DNA of 64,000 bases. It comes from Escherichia coli. Its GTDB lineage: Bacteria; Pseudomonadota; Gammaproteobacteria; Enterobacterales; Enterobacteriaceae. The translations under genes and the position numbers were made by a program. Positions 10,198 to 20,844 of this stretch are shown piece by piece. A model generated the notes under the pieces. That model was not told where the DNA came from, ran no database searches, and saw only the letters and a list, made by a program, of their open reading frames with translations. The stretch lies in assembly GCF_965641715.1 (NCBI RefSeq), contig NZ_OZ282453.1. One strand, 5' to 3'. Each line of letters opens with the position of its first letter. The first letter of the stretch is position 1.

Positions 10198-10998
10198 TTA
10201 GTCCAGTTCGTTATCGAGATCGTTGTTACCAGCTGCCTGAGTAGGCGCACCGGCTACGCGGTTGTATTTCGGGCTAAGTTGGATGTAGAGCACTGCCATA
10301 ACAGTACCAATCACACCCAGAGCAACCAGGTTAAAGTTGGTGAATGCTGCGGTTACGAAGCCGAGGTAGAAGAACGGCATCAGGTAGCCAGCACGCATCA
10401 TGTTGATAACCATCGCATAACCAACCACCACGATCATGCCACCGGCGATATTCAGACCATTGGTCACCACTTCCGGAATCGCATTCAGCATGTTCTGTAC
10501 TTCGCTGGTACCAACAGACAGCGCAACGATGACGGCCGGAATAGCCACACGCATTGCTTGCAGGAACAGAGAAGAAACGTGGATCCAGGAAATCGCTGTC
10601 AGGTTGCCGTTATCAGCAGCCTTATCCGCAGCGTGCTGGAAAGCAACGGTAATAGTACGAACGATGATGGTCAGTACCTGGCCCGCAGCGGCCAGAGGGA
10701 TTGCCAGTGCGATACCTGCACCAATGCTCTGATGACCTGCGATAACCAGAATGGTAGAAATGATAGAAGCCAGAGCGGCGTCAGGCGCAACTGCAGCACC
10801 GATGTTCATCCAGCCCAGCGCGATCATTTCCAGCGTACCACCGATAATAATACCGGTTTTCATATCCCCAAGAACGATACCCACCAGGGTACACGCGATT
10901 AGCGGACGGTGAAACTGAAATTCATCGAGGATTGATCCCATACCTGCGATACAGGCTACGATAAATACCAGCACAATTTGAAGAGTGGTAATCTCCAT
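10198..10998 (-). CDS. manY: Mannose PTS EIIC component ManY
   Basis: 266-aa polytopic membrane ORF. Confidence 0.9.
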   Translation of the reverse strand: MEITTLQIVLVFIVACIAGMGSILDEFQFHRPLIACTLVGIVLGDMKTGIIIGGTLEMIALGWMNIGAAVAPDAALASIISTILVIAGHQSIGAGIALAIPLAAAGQVLTIIVRTITVAFQHAADKAADNGNLTAISWIHVSSLFLQAMRVAIPAVIVALSVGTSEVQNMLNAIPEVVTNGLNIAGGMIVVVGYAMVINMMRAGYLMPFFYLGFVTAAFTNFNLVALGVIGTVMAVLYIQLSPKYNRVAGAPTQAAGNNDLDNELD

Positions 10999-11060
10999 TG
11001 TACTTCTCCTGTTTACGTAAGACTAAAGTGTGAAAACTGAGTGATAATCAACACAATACG

Positions 11061-12032
11061 TTACTTATCGATTTTGCTGATCAGATCCATCATTTTCAGT
11101 TTCGGATCGGTGGAAACCTTACGGACTTCCAGCTCAATACCGCGTGCATTCAGTTTTTTGAACGCCTCGATATCTTTTTCATCAACCGAAACCGCGTTAT
11201 TCACCTGGGTTTTACCCTGACGGAATGCCATACCACCGACGTTAACAGAGGTGATTTTCACGCCGCCTTCAACGAGACGCTCTACATCTGTTGGGTTGGT
11301 AAATAACAGCATTACACGTTCGCCAGCATATTTCGGGTTGTTGTAGACGCGAATCATTTTGGCAACATCAACTACGTGTGCTGTTACGCCCGGAGGTGCA
11401 ACCTGGGTGAGCAGTGTCTTACGAACGGTATCCGCAGCCACTTCATCACTAACAACAATAATACGGGAGACATTGGTTTCTTTGGTCCAGCGGGTGGCGA
11501 CCTGACCGTGAATCAGACGGTCGTCGATACGCGCAAGGCCAATAACCATGTAGTCGTTTGGCCCCATTGGTTTTGCCGGAGTTGGAGCCGCTTTGGGTGC
11601 TGCGGCAGCGGGTGCTGGCGCGGCTTTTTCAACCGGTTTGGCTTTCAGCGCTTTCACGCCTTCACGGCCTGTTTCTACTGCCAGCGCAACCAGTTCATCA
11701 AAGCTTGGGTCATCATCACGGGCCATTAACGTTTCCACGAGCATTGGAATGTTAACGCCTGCAATGACTTCATAATGCTCTTTGTCGACGACAATGCGGC
11801 TGGCAGCATTGAACGGGCTGCCTCCCCATGTATCAACGAGAAACAGCACGCCTTTAGTGGTGTCGAGTTTTGCCAACTGAGCGTTGTACTTTTCAATCAG
11901 CGTTTCGGCATTTTCACCTGGAACGAAATCGATCCAGCCGACGTTTTCCTGCTCGCCTAACAGCATTTCTGCCGTTTTAAGCAACTGCTCTGCAGCCCAA
12001 CCATGTGTGCCTATAACAATAGCAATGGTCAC
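11061..12032 (-). CDS. manX: Mannose PTS EIIAB component ManX
   Basis: 323-aa ORF with two domains joined by an Ala/Pro-rich linker (KAKPVEKAAPAPAAAAPKAAPTPAKP). Confidence 0.9.
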   Translation of the reverse strand: MTIAIVIGTHGWAAEQLLKTAEMLLGEQENVGWIDFVPGENAETLIEKYNAQLAKLDTTKGVLFLVDTWGGSPFNAASRIVVDKEHYEVIAGVNIPMLVETLMARDDDPSFDELVALAVETGREGVKALKAKPVEKAAPAPAAAAPKAAPTPAKPMGPNDYMVIGLARIDDRLIHGQVATRWTKETNVSRIIVVSDEVAADTVRKTLLTQVAPPGVTAHVVDVAKMIRVYNNPKYAGERVMLLFTNPTDVERLVEGGVKITSVNVGGMAFRQGKTQVNNAVSVDEKDIEAFKKLNARGIELEVRKVSTDPKLKMMDLISKIDK

Positions 12033-12494
12033 TTGCTACCTCCTTTATTATCGTTAACACCTCAACGTGCCAGATGTATTTTTGAATCGTCGTCCACAAT
12101 CGAATCGATTCAGATAAGGGCTACAACCAAAAACCCCTGCGTTTCGCGATTTATTTTAGATATCGAAAAAATTATTTTATGTGATGAAGATCCGTAATTT
12201 AACTTTCGATTAGCAGAAATTTCGAAAGGTAAAATATCCTTGTCACATTCGTTTGCAAAGGAAGGTAAATCTTTGCCAAATCAGAGGCGTCTCTGATATG
12301 TTTAACTCCCGTTTAACAACCATGGAGTATAGGGCAGTAGCCCGCAGTATGGATCGTCACCGACGTCATTTCAGCATCAGGCCTTTTAACGCCTGCCTTT
12401 CTGGCACTCTATGCCGCACCTTTCGTTTGCATTTTGTCGTTACGCCTGCATTATTTCTGGCGTCGAATAGCTATTCCTTAAGCAGGAGCTTGTC

Positions 12495-14051
12495 ATGGAA
12501 TTCTTAATGGACCCCTCAATTTGGGCGGGGCTACTCACGCTTGTTGTTCTCGAAATTGTGCTGGGTATCGATAACCTGGTCTTCATCGCCATTCTTGCTG
12601 ACAAACTGCCGCCAAAACAACGCGATAAAGCGCGTTTGCTGGGGTTATCACTGGCGCTGATTATGCGTCTGGGGCTGCTGTCGCTGATTTCATGGATGGT
12701 CACGCTGACCAAACCGCTATTTACCGTCATGGATTTCTCCTTCTCCGGACGCGACCTGATTATGTTGTTCGGGGGGATATTCTTGCTGTTCAAAGCAACA
12801 ACCGAACTGCATGAACGGTTGGAAAACCGTGATCATGATTCCGGCCACGGTAAAGGCTACGCCAGTTTCTGGGTAGTCGTCACACAGATTGTCATCCTTG
12901 ACGCCGTCTTCTCGTTGGATGCGGTAATTACTGCAGTAGGGATGGTTAACCATCTGCCGGTGATGATGGCGGCGGTAGTGATTGCGATGGCGGTTATGTT
13001 GCTGGCATCCAAACCGCTGACGCGATTTGTTAACCAGCACCCCACGGTGGTGGTGCTCTGTCTGAGCTTCCTGTTAATGATTGGTCTGAGTCTGGTGGCA
13101 GAAGGTTTCGGTTTCCACATTCCGAAAGGTTACCTGTATGCCGCGATTGGCTTCTCGATCATCATCGAAGTGTTTAACCAGATTGCGCGTCGCAACTTTA
13201 TTCGTCACCAGTCGACTTTGCCGCTGCGAGCGCGTACTGCCGATGCCATCCTGCGTTTGATGGGCGGGAAACGTCAGGCCAATGTTCAGCACGATGCCGA
13301 TAACCCGATGCCGATGCCGATCCCGGAAGGTGCATTTGCCGAAGAAGAACGTTACATGATTAACGGCGTACTGACGCTGGCGTCGCGTTCTCTGCGCGGG
13401 ATCATGACGCCGCGCGGTGAAATAAGCTGGGTTGACGCTAATCTCGGGGTAGATGAAATCCGCGAGCAGCTGCTCTCCTCACCGCACAGCCTGTTCCCGG
13501 TATGTCGCGGTGAACTGGATGAAATCATCGGAATCGTACGTGCTAAAGAACTGCTGGTGGCGCTGGAAGAGGGCGTTGATGTGGCGGCGATTGCTTCGGC
13601 GTCTCCGGCGATTATCGTCCCTGAAACCCTCGATCCGATCAACCTGCTGGGCGTGCTGCGTCGTGCTCGCGGGAGCTTTGTTATCGTGACCAACGAGTTT
13701 GGTGTGGTACAAGGCTTGGTCACGCCGCTGGATGTGCTGGAAGCCATTGCGGGTGAATTCCCGGACGCTGACGAAACGCCGGAGATCATTACTGATGGTG
13801 ACGGCTGGCTGGTAAAAGGCGGTACAGATTTGCATGCCTTGCAGCAGGCGCTTGATGTTGAGCACCTTGCCGATGACGATGATATCGCGACGGTCGCGGG
13901 CCTCGTGATCTCGGCAAATGGTCACATTCCCCGTGTGGGCGATGTGATTGATGTAGGGCCACTGCATATCACCATCATTGAAGCCAATGATTATCGTGTT
14001 GATCTGGTTCGCATTGTTAAAGAGCAACCGGCGCACGATGAAGATGAGTAA
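12495..14051 (+). CDS. yoaE: TerC-family membrane protein fused to CBS/CorC domains, YoaE
   Basis: 518-aa ORF: N-terminal TerC-like integral membrane domain, C-terminal CBS pair plus CorC-like domain. Confidence 0.85.
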
Positions 14052-14054
14052 GCG

Positions 14055-15653
14055 TTAACGTAACGGCATAATGGGCGTGATATGTCCATTATGCCGGGCG
14101 GGCGGCGGTTGGCTGCCCGCCAGCCATTTGGGAAAATCACGTAGCGGCATCGGCTGTGCGTACAAATACCCTTGCAAAATATGCACGCCATGACGGCGCA
14201 AATATTTCGCCTGTTCTTGCGTTTCCACACCCTCCGCCACCAGTTCAATATTCAGTCTTTGCCCCAGTGCGATGATGATATCGGTCACCGTCGAGTTAAC
14301 CGCGTCAGAACCTATAGCTGCGGTAAATGACTTATCAATTTTCAGCACGTCAGGACGTAATGTTTCAAGCCAGGAAAACGAGCTGTTGCCGGTGCCGAAG
14401 TCATCAATCGCCAGTTTGACGTTTTTACGATGCAGCTCGCGGGCAATCCGATAATCAACATCCAGTAAGGCATCGCGTTCGGTGATTTCGAGGATCAGTT
14501 GCTGAATCGGGTGAGCACTAAACCAGTACTGATTGAGATCTTTTATCAGCACACCACGGCGAAAATGGCTGGGTGCGACGTTAATGCCAACATGAAACTG
14601 ACTACTCATTGGGAAAACATGGCGCTGACGAATGGTTTCTGCCATCACATAGCGGGTCAGTGGCACAATTAAATGATGTTCTTCCGCGATAGGAATAAAC
14701 ACATCCGGTGAAATCCAGCCCTGACGCGGATTGTTCCAGCGCAGCAAAATCTCTACACCAATACATTGCTGGCTGCGCGCATTAAGCAAAGGCTGACAGA
14801 ACAATTCGAACTCATGTTGCGCCAGGCCCAGATTGATTTCGCGGGAAAAGCTCATCCGGTAAGCGGTCGCCAGCCAGGCGATGTAGCCCACCAGTAAACT
14901 TAGCAGCACCGCCAGCGGTAATTGTGTTGGAAGATAGTGCCATGCCAGCGCCGTAGCCCCCGGACCATTAACGTTAATGGTAAAAGGAAAGCGTTGCGAA
15001 GAAACCTGATAGTTTTCATTGTCTTCAGGTTGCGGAAGGGAATCTACCAGCCCATTACCATAGAGCAAATGCCGTTTGTCCACCGTCAGGCTGGCGCTAC
15101 TGATTTGCGGCAGTTGTGGCTCAAGGAGCATTGCCGTCAGTAAGTCGATGTTAATCATCTCCATGACCCCAGCATTGCTACTGCCCGCTGCAGGCGTCCA
15201 TTGAATCAAAACCGGACTGCCTTTAATCAGGGCACGGTCGATCGTCAGGCGTAAAAGTGGTTGCGGTGCAGGAAGTTCAGCCAGAATGTCCACGACGGGC
15301 ACATTGCGATAACCAAAAATGCTGGAGCAATAGAGTGTGCCGTCTTGCACCAGGCCAATGGATCGCACAGTTTGGAGTTTTGCCGCCTGTTTACGTAATG
15401 GCAAATGGGCGACAGAGCAGGGCAGACCAATCAGCGGAAGCAAGACTTCGCTACCTGCCTGTAGGGGAAGCAGTACTTTATCTAATTCCTCTACAGCATG
15501 ATTGGCGAATTGTACTACCCGTTGTTGATTTAAGTTACGCTGTGAAATAAATCGCACGCTCAGGGTCGAAGCGAGCGTAACGAGTGCGCAAATCGTACAA
15601 ACAATCATTCGATTACGGCGATAGGTTTTAATGATCCGTTGTGCTTTTTGCAT
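14055..15653 (-). CDS. pdeD: c-di-GMP phosphodiesterase PdeD (YoaD), CSS-EAL type
   Basis: Membrane-anchored periplasmic domain followed by EAL domain; start chosen at MQKAQRIIKTYRR (532 aa) from recollection, the track ORF begins 10 codons earlier. Confidence 0.8.
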   Translation of the reverse strand: MQKAQRIIKTYRRNRMIVCTICALVTLASTLSVRFISQRNLNQQRVVQFANHAVEELDKVLLPLQAGSEVLLPLIGLPCSVAHLPLRKQAAKLQTVRSIGLVQDGTLYCSSIFGYRNVPVVDILAELPAPQPLLRLTIDRALIKGSPVLIQWTPAAGSSNAGVMEMINIDLLTAMLLEPQLPQISSASLTVDKRHLLYGNGLVDSLPQPEDNENYQVSSQRFPFTINVNGPGATALAWHYLPTQLPLAVLLSLLVGYIAWLATAYRMSFSREINLGLAQHEFELFCQPLLNARSQQCIGVEILLRWNNPRQGWISPDVFIPIAEEHHLIVPLTRYVMAETIRQRHVFPMSSQFHVGINVAPSHFRRGVLIKDLNQYWFSAHPIQQLILEITERDALLDVDYRIARELHRKNVKLAIDDFGTGNSSFSWLETLRPDVLKIDKSFTAAIGSDAVNSTVTDIIIALGQRLNIELVAEGVETQEQAKYLRRHGVHILQGYLYAQPMPLRDFPKWLAGSQPPPARHNGHITPIMPLR

Positions 15654-15783
15654 GCGGGCCACCCTGTAAGCGTATGGCGACAAACGCCTGACGCAACAGT
15701 GGAAGTGTAGTGGGGAATATTACAGCAGACGAGAAAGCGGGGATAAATTCGCCCATCCGTTGCAGATGGGCGAGTAAGAAGTA

Positions 15784-17148
15784 TTAGTCACACTGGACTT
15801 TGATTGCCAGACCACCGCGTGAGGTTTCGCGGTATTTGGCGTTCATGTCCTTACCGGTTTCGTACATCGTTTCGATGACCTTATCCAGCGAGACGCGCGG
15901 TGCACTGGTGCGGCGCAGAGCCATCCGTGCGGCGTTAATCGCCTTCACAGAGGCAATGGCATTACGCTCAATGCACGGCACCTGAACCTGCCCTGCAACC
16001 GGGTCGCAGGTTAAACCAAGGTTGTGTTCCATGCCAATTTCCGCCGCCACGCAAACCTGTTCCGGGCTACCGCCCAGCAGTTCTGCAAGACCCGCAGCAG
16101 CCATTGAACAGGCAACACCCACTTCGCCCTGGCAACCAACTTCCGCACCGGAAATAGAGGCGTTCATTTTATACAATGCACCAATCGCGCCCGCTGCCAT
16201 AAAGTAACGGGTATAGATGTCCGGGCTGACCGATTCAATAAAGTGGTCATAGTAAGCCAGCACTGCCGGAACGATACCGCAGGCACCGTTGGTTGGCGCA
16301 GTTACCACACGACCACCGGCGGCGTTTTCTTCGTTAACTGCCAGCGCAAACATGTTTACCCAGTCAATGACATTCATCGGATCGTTAGACAGTTTATCGC
16401 TGGAAACCATCATCCGGCGCAGGGCAGACGCACGACGTGGCACGCGCAGCGGGCCTGGCAGTACACCTTCGGTGTTCATCCCGCGATCGATACATGCCTG
16501 CATGGTTTGCCAGACATGCGCGAAATACTCGTCGATCTCTTTCTTGCTGTGCAGCGCCAGTTCGTTCTGCATAGCGAGACCAGACAGCGAATAGCCGGTT
16601 TCATTACAGTACGCGAGCAGTTCGGTGGCAGATTTGAACGGATACGGCACGCTCACTTCGTTGGCAGCATCCTGACCAAAGTGTTCTTCATCGACGATAA
16701 AACCGCCGCCGATGGAATAATAAGTTTTGCTGTAGACGACTTCATCGCCGTTATAGGCGTGGATTTGCATACCGTTTTCATGCAGCGGCAGGTTGCCGTT
16801 ATGAAAACGCATCCCGTTGTTGCGCGGGAAATCCACTTCATGCCGTCCCTGTGCCAGCAGCAGACGTTCGCGCACTTCTACGTCGCGAATAAAACCGGGA
16901 ATACTGTCGATATCCACGGTGGCAGGTTCGTTACCTGCAAGACCCATAATAATGGCGATATCGGTGTGGTGGCCTTTACCCGTCAGCGACAGTGAACCAT
17001 AAACGTCCACGGCAACGCGAGTAACGCTATCCAGTAAGCCTTTTTCGACCAGATCATCGACGAACTGTTTACCCGCCTTCATAGGCCCTACGGTATGGGA
17101 AGATGAGGGACCAATCCCCACCTTAAACATGTCGAATAGACTAATCAC
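15784..17148 (-). CDS. sdaA: L-serine dehydratase 1
   Basis: 454-aa [29 protein letters not shown]..., Fe-S serine dehydratase family. Confidence 0.95.
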   Translation of the reverse strand: MISLFDMFKVGIGPSSSHTVGPMKAGKQFVDDLVEKGLLDSVTRVAVDVYGSLSLTGKGHHTDIAIIMGLAGNEPATVDIDSIPGFIRDVEVRERLLLAQGRHEVDFPRNNGMRFHNGNLPLHENGMQIHAYNGDEVVYSKTYYSIGGGFIVDEEHFGQDAANEVSVPYPFKSATELLAYCNETGYSLSGLAMQNELALHSKKEIDEYFAHVWQTMQACIDRGMNTEGVLPGPLRVPRRASALRRMMVSSDKLSNDPMNVIDWVNMFALAVNEENAAGGRVVTAPTNGACGIVPAVLAYYDHFIESVSPDIYTRYFMAAGAIGALYKMNASISGAEVGCQGEVGVACSMAAAGLAELLGGSPEQVCVAAEIGMEHNLGLTCDPVAGQVQVPCIERNAIASVKAINAARMALRRTSAPRVSLDKVIETMYETGKDMNAKYRETSRGGLAIKVQCD

Positions 17149-17331
17149 GATAATACTCCTGACAAGGTGACTGGACTTCCAGTAACGAACTAATAACAGC
17201 GCATAGTGTAAGAGGGAACGCGGCGACTGGCTTAACTATTCACATGAATTAAACTAATCAAAAACCGCGATTTAACTAATATTGCGATGATTGTCTCAAG
17301 TAGTGTTTTGTAGATGTAAAGATAAGTATAG

Positions 17332-17910
17332 TCAGGGTTTCACACCAATTTGCAGCGCCAGCTCACGAATTATGCCTGCGGTCATTCCCCATACAAAATA
17401 CTGTTCGTACCAGGACAGCCATACCCGATGTGAATCGCCACGGCGGTAGATATCTAAAGGGTGATAACGACCCAGATGTAATGCCTGGGCGAGCGGCATT
17501 TCAAACACCGCCGAGACTTCATCTTCACTGGCGCGATACGGCAGATCGGGCGGGATAATGCCGACCACTGGGGTTACCTGATAGCCAGTTACGCTATCGA
17601 CGGGCGGCAGCACGCCGATAACTTCAACGGCGGAAGGCGGTATAGCGACCTCTTCTTCAGCTTCGCGCAGCGCGGCGGCGATAACTGATGCGTCCGTGTC
17701 ATCGACTGCACCTCCAGGGAATGCCACTTGTCCAGCGTGTTTACGCAGATGAATTGAACGCTGAGTCAGCAACAACCCCGGTTGCGGTCGACGGACGATG
17801 GGGATTAACACGGCAGCCTGACGATGATTTAGGGTTTCCCGGTTAATTTGCGGGCGCAAAAGTTGAAAGCGCGATAAAAAATCATCAAGCGTCAGGCTAC
17901 GGTATTCCAC
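17332..17910 (-). CDS. nudL: Nudix hydrolase NudL (YeaB)
   Basis: 192-aa ORF with Nudix box ([25 protein letters not shown]); 3 bp downstream of pabB. Confidence 0.85.
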
Positions 17911-17913
17911 GTC

Positions 17914-19275
17914 TTACTTCTCCAGTTGGCGTAATATCTTATTAACTTTATCAAAAGTTTCCTGATATTCCGCTTCTTCCTGGCTATCGGCGACAATTCC
18001 ACCGCCCGCAGAGCAGAAAATTTGTCCGTTAATGGCAGTCAGCGTGCGGATAGTAATGCTGGTATCCATGTTGCCGCAAAAGCTCAAATAGCCAATGCTG
18101 CCGCACCAGGCATTACGTCGCTGCGGTTCCAGTTCGTCGATAATTTCCATAGCCCGTACTTTCGGAGCCCCGGTTATTGAGCCACCAGGAAAAGCTGCGC
18201 GCAGCAGATCGCTGGCGTGTAACTGTTCTGGTAGTTGCGCCGTTATGGTGCTGACCAGATGATGCACGGCAGGGAAGGGTTCCACCACGAACAGCTCTGG
18301 TACTTTTACCGAACCTGCTACGGCAACACGACCGATATCATTACGCATTAAATCGACAATCATCAGATTTTCGGCACGATCTTTCGCTGAGTTCGCCAGT
18401 TTTTCCGCTTGTTTGCTATCTTCCTGAGGATCGGGCAGGCGTGGTAGCGTGCCTTTAATCGGGCGGGTCTGGATTTCACAATTATCACAAAGAATAAACC
18501 GCTCTGGCGAAAGGCTTAAAATTGCACCCTGTTCAAGACGTAAAAAAGCGCTAAATGGCGCGCGGTTGGCCTGATTAAGCTGAAGGAATGCCTGCCATTC
18601 ATCGCCAGAATAGGTCGCATGAAAACGCTGGGCGAGATTCACCTGATAGCAATCACCGCTGTGCAGATATTCCTGTACCTGGCGAAATTTTTCGCCGTAC
18701 TGCTCGCGGGTCATATTGGATTGCCAGTCGGAAGTGAGCGTGAAATCTTCCTGCGGCGAGAATTGCTGGCTTTCCAGCCAGGCCCGACGGGCATTGACAT
18801 CATTATGACTCAGCAAAGAAACTGTATGACGCTGGTGGTCGACAATGAGCGCCCAATCGTAGATACCCACTGCCATATCCGGCAGAACGATATCTTGTTC
18901 CGCAATTTCTGGCAGTAACTCAAAACGGCGGCCCAGATCGTAGCCAAACAACCCCAGTGCGCCGCCCTGAAATGGCAAATCTTCGTTATGCGTTGGGCGA
19001 ATGTCTGCGCGATCCAGCACCTGCTGGAGCACCTGTAGCGGGTCATCAGTGGTCGTTGTGCGTTTTTCGCTTTCACTAACAACGGTTTCTTTACCTAAAG
19101 TGGTTAAAGTGCAAATCGGATCGGCGACCACAATATCAAAGCGGCTATACGGATGATCGGCATAGCCGGAGTGTAAAAGCATCGCCCACGGCAGGTGGCT
19201 TAAGCGGGAGAAATAAAATTCAGCGGCGTCCTGACGCCAGGGTAAAGTAATCACAACGGGAGATAACGTCTTCAT
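17914..19275 (-). CDS. pabB: Aminodeoxychorismate synthase component I
   Basis: 453-aa ORF, anthranilate-synthase-like chorismate-binding domain. Confidence 0.9.
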   Translation of the reverse strand: MKTLSPVVITLPWRQDAAEFYFSRLSHLPWAMLLHSGYADHPYSRFDIVVADPICTLTTLGKETVVSESEKRTTTTDDPLQVLQQVLDRADIRPTHNEDLPFQGGALGLFGYDLGRRFELLPEIAEQDIVLPDMAVGIYDWALIVDHQRHTVSLLSHNDVNARRAWLESQQFSPQEDFTLTSDWQSNMTREQYGEKFRQVQEYLHSGDCYQVNLAQRFHATYSGDEWQAFLQLNQANRAPFSAFLRLEQGAILSLSPERFILCDNCEIQTRPIKGTLPRLPDPQEDSKQAEKLANSAKDRAENLMIVDLMRNDIGRVAVAGSVKVPELFVVEPFPAVHHLVSTITAQLPEQLHASDLLRAAFPGGSITGAPKVRAMEIIDELEPQRRNAWCGSIGYLSFCGNMDTSITIRTLTAINGQIFCSAGGGIVADSQEEAEYQETFDKVNKILRQLEK

Positions 19276-19348
19276 CAGTCCTGACTCTACTGGCTATGTG
19301 CCGGGTAGCATGAAATAATTAGCGCCAACAATTTAGCAGGAGTTAACA

Positions 19349-19528
19349 ATGTTTGCAGGTTTACCTTCACTCACCCATGAACAGCAGCAAAAAGCTGTCG
19401 AGCGGATCCAGGAACTGATGGCACAAGGGATGAGCAGCGGCCAGGCAATCGCGCTGGTGGCAGAAGAGCTGCGTGCCAACCACTCCGGCGAGCGAATCGT
19501 GGCGCGTTTTGAGGATGAAGACGAGTAA
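19349..19528 (+). CDS. yoaH: Small protein YoaH (UPF0181, 59 aa)
   Basis: Manual translation [59 protein letters not shown]; not in the ORF track because shorter than 60 aa. Confidence 0.75.
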
Positions 19529-19647
19529 CACACTAATCCGTATCGATTTCGTTATAGAAGCCGATGATCATTTGATTGTGAGAAAAAGGACGCTTTTTAT
19601 ATGTGATTAAAAGCGTCCTGACCCATTTATGCTGATATAAATTTAAC

Positions 19648-19947
19648 TCAGACCAGTGCTTTTAGTTCTTCCTGCATATATGTTGAAAAGTATTCAGGAT
19701 TTTTAATCACAGAGCGTTCACCTGTCTCCATTTTTTTTGCCCATCCAACCATTTTTTCCGTGAACCCAGGGTTCCAGCCTTCCTGGTCAGCTCGCGCCGT
19801 AATATCAGCGGCACTCGCGGGTACTCCCAGTTCTTTTAAATATTTAAAGATTCCCTTCGCCGTGCTTTCATTCATCGAACTTGGTGTTGGCGCTGATACA
19901 TCCATGGCACCAATGAAATCCAGGGCTTTATCTATTACAGCAGGCAT
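19648..19947 (-). CDS. yoaC: DUF1889 protein YoaC
   Basis: Track ORF 19648..20007; start set at MPAVIDKALDF (99 aa) from recollection; start uncertain. Confidence 0.7.
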   Translation of the reverse strand: MPAVIDKALDFIGAMDVSAPTPSSMNESTAKGIFKYLKELGVPASAADITARADQEGWNPGFTEKMVGWAKKMETGERSVIKNPEYFSTYMQEELKALV

Positions 19948-20368
19948 ATTCTTATCCTTAAAATTAACCATGTTATCGATAAGGCTATATATGACCTTAA
20001 TTTGCATCTAATATCAAAGGGATTATAACGATATGGCACGAGTTAACCTGTTGACATTCAGGTGTTTTAAAGGTAGCAGCTCATGGTGTGTTATCCAGTA
20101 AGATGGAGAAAATTAACGGTCAGTCCGCACGCTATAACCAGATTGTTCAGCTAAGAAAGAAAACCAGAGTTGCTAATCAAAGGGCGAACACAACGGCATG
20201 GTTATGTTTATTTATATAGTTAGTTTTATAGATAAAATTGAAATTATAAAAATAAATAATGAATTAGCAGAAGCATCAACAGTAATATCTTATTCTCTGG
20301 TCGATTTATGTAAAACCGACCAGTATTATCGATAAATTATCGTCTGACTTATTTTGCTTCGATAAAGC

Positions 20369-20713
20369 TTACACCGCAGCCACAATCTTAATTTCAACTT
20401 TATACTTCGGGTTCATCAAACCCGCTTGTACCGTGCAGCGCACCGGCGCATGACCCGCGACAACCCAGGCATCCCACGCTTTATTCATCGCCGCGAAGTC
20501 GTTTTTATCGGCCAGGAAAATGGTGGCATCCAGAATACTCGATTTATTGCTGCCCTGTTTTTCCAGCACGGCGTCAATCTGCGCCAGCGTGTTGGCGGTT
20601 TGCTCAAAGGCATCGGCGTCGAGGTTTTCCGGTACACCAGTGTAGTAGAGCGTGTTGTTGTGGATTACTACATCAGACCAGCGGGCTTCAGCATCGATAC
20701 GAACGATAGTCAT
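20369..20713 (-). CDS. yoaB: RidA/YjgF-family protein YoaB
   Basis: YjgF/RidA-like fold; start set at MTIVRIDAEARW (114 aa), track ORF begins 16 codons earlier. Confidence 0.8.
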   Translation of the reverse strand: MTIVRIDAEARWSDVVIHNNTLYYTGVPENLDADAFEQTANTLAQIDAVLEKQGSNKSSILDATIFLADKNDFAAMNKAWDAWVVAGHAPVRCTVQAGLMNPKYKVEIKIVAAV

Positions 20714-20844
20714 CATTTTGTCCTCATTATCCTTCCATTTTCGTGCTGCAAAGACTGCCACAATGTGAGGTCGCCGTCACCACTTCAACTGGCGAAAGCG
20801 CCCTCATCCTGACATAATCCCTGTTCAAATCAACAGGGGGTAGT

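Noticed and set aside
12300-12494. Possible second manganese riboswitch upstream of yoaE
   Set aside because: Only a 7-8 nt match (AGTAGCC) to the mntP leader element; the other conserved segments are not evident. Kept as a low-interest flag only.
13479-14036. 185-aa ORF antisense to yoaE, plus several other ORFs inside yoaE (12717..13040, 12857..13120, 13352..13789)
   Set aside because: All lie within the yoaE coding region in other frames or strands; low-complexity Arg/Ser-rich translations; no ribosome-binding context.
16243-16995. 250-aa ORF antisense to sdaA
   Set aside because: Embedded opposite a highly conserved enzyme gene; translation has no recognisable domain.
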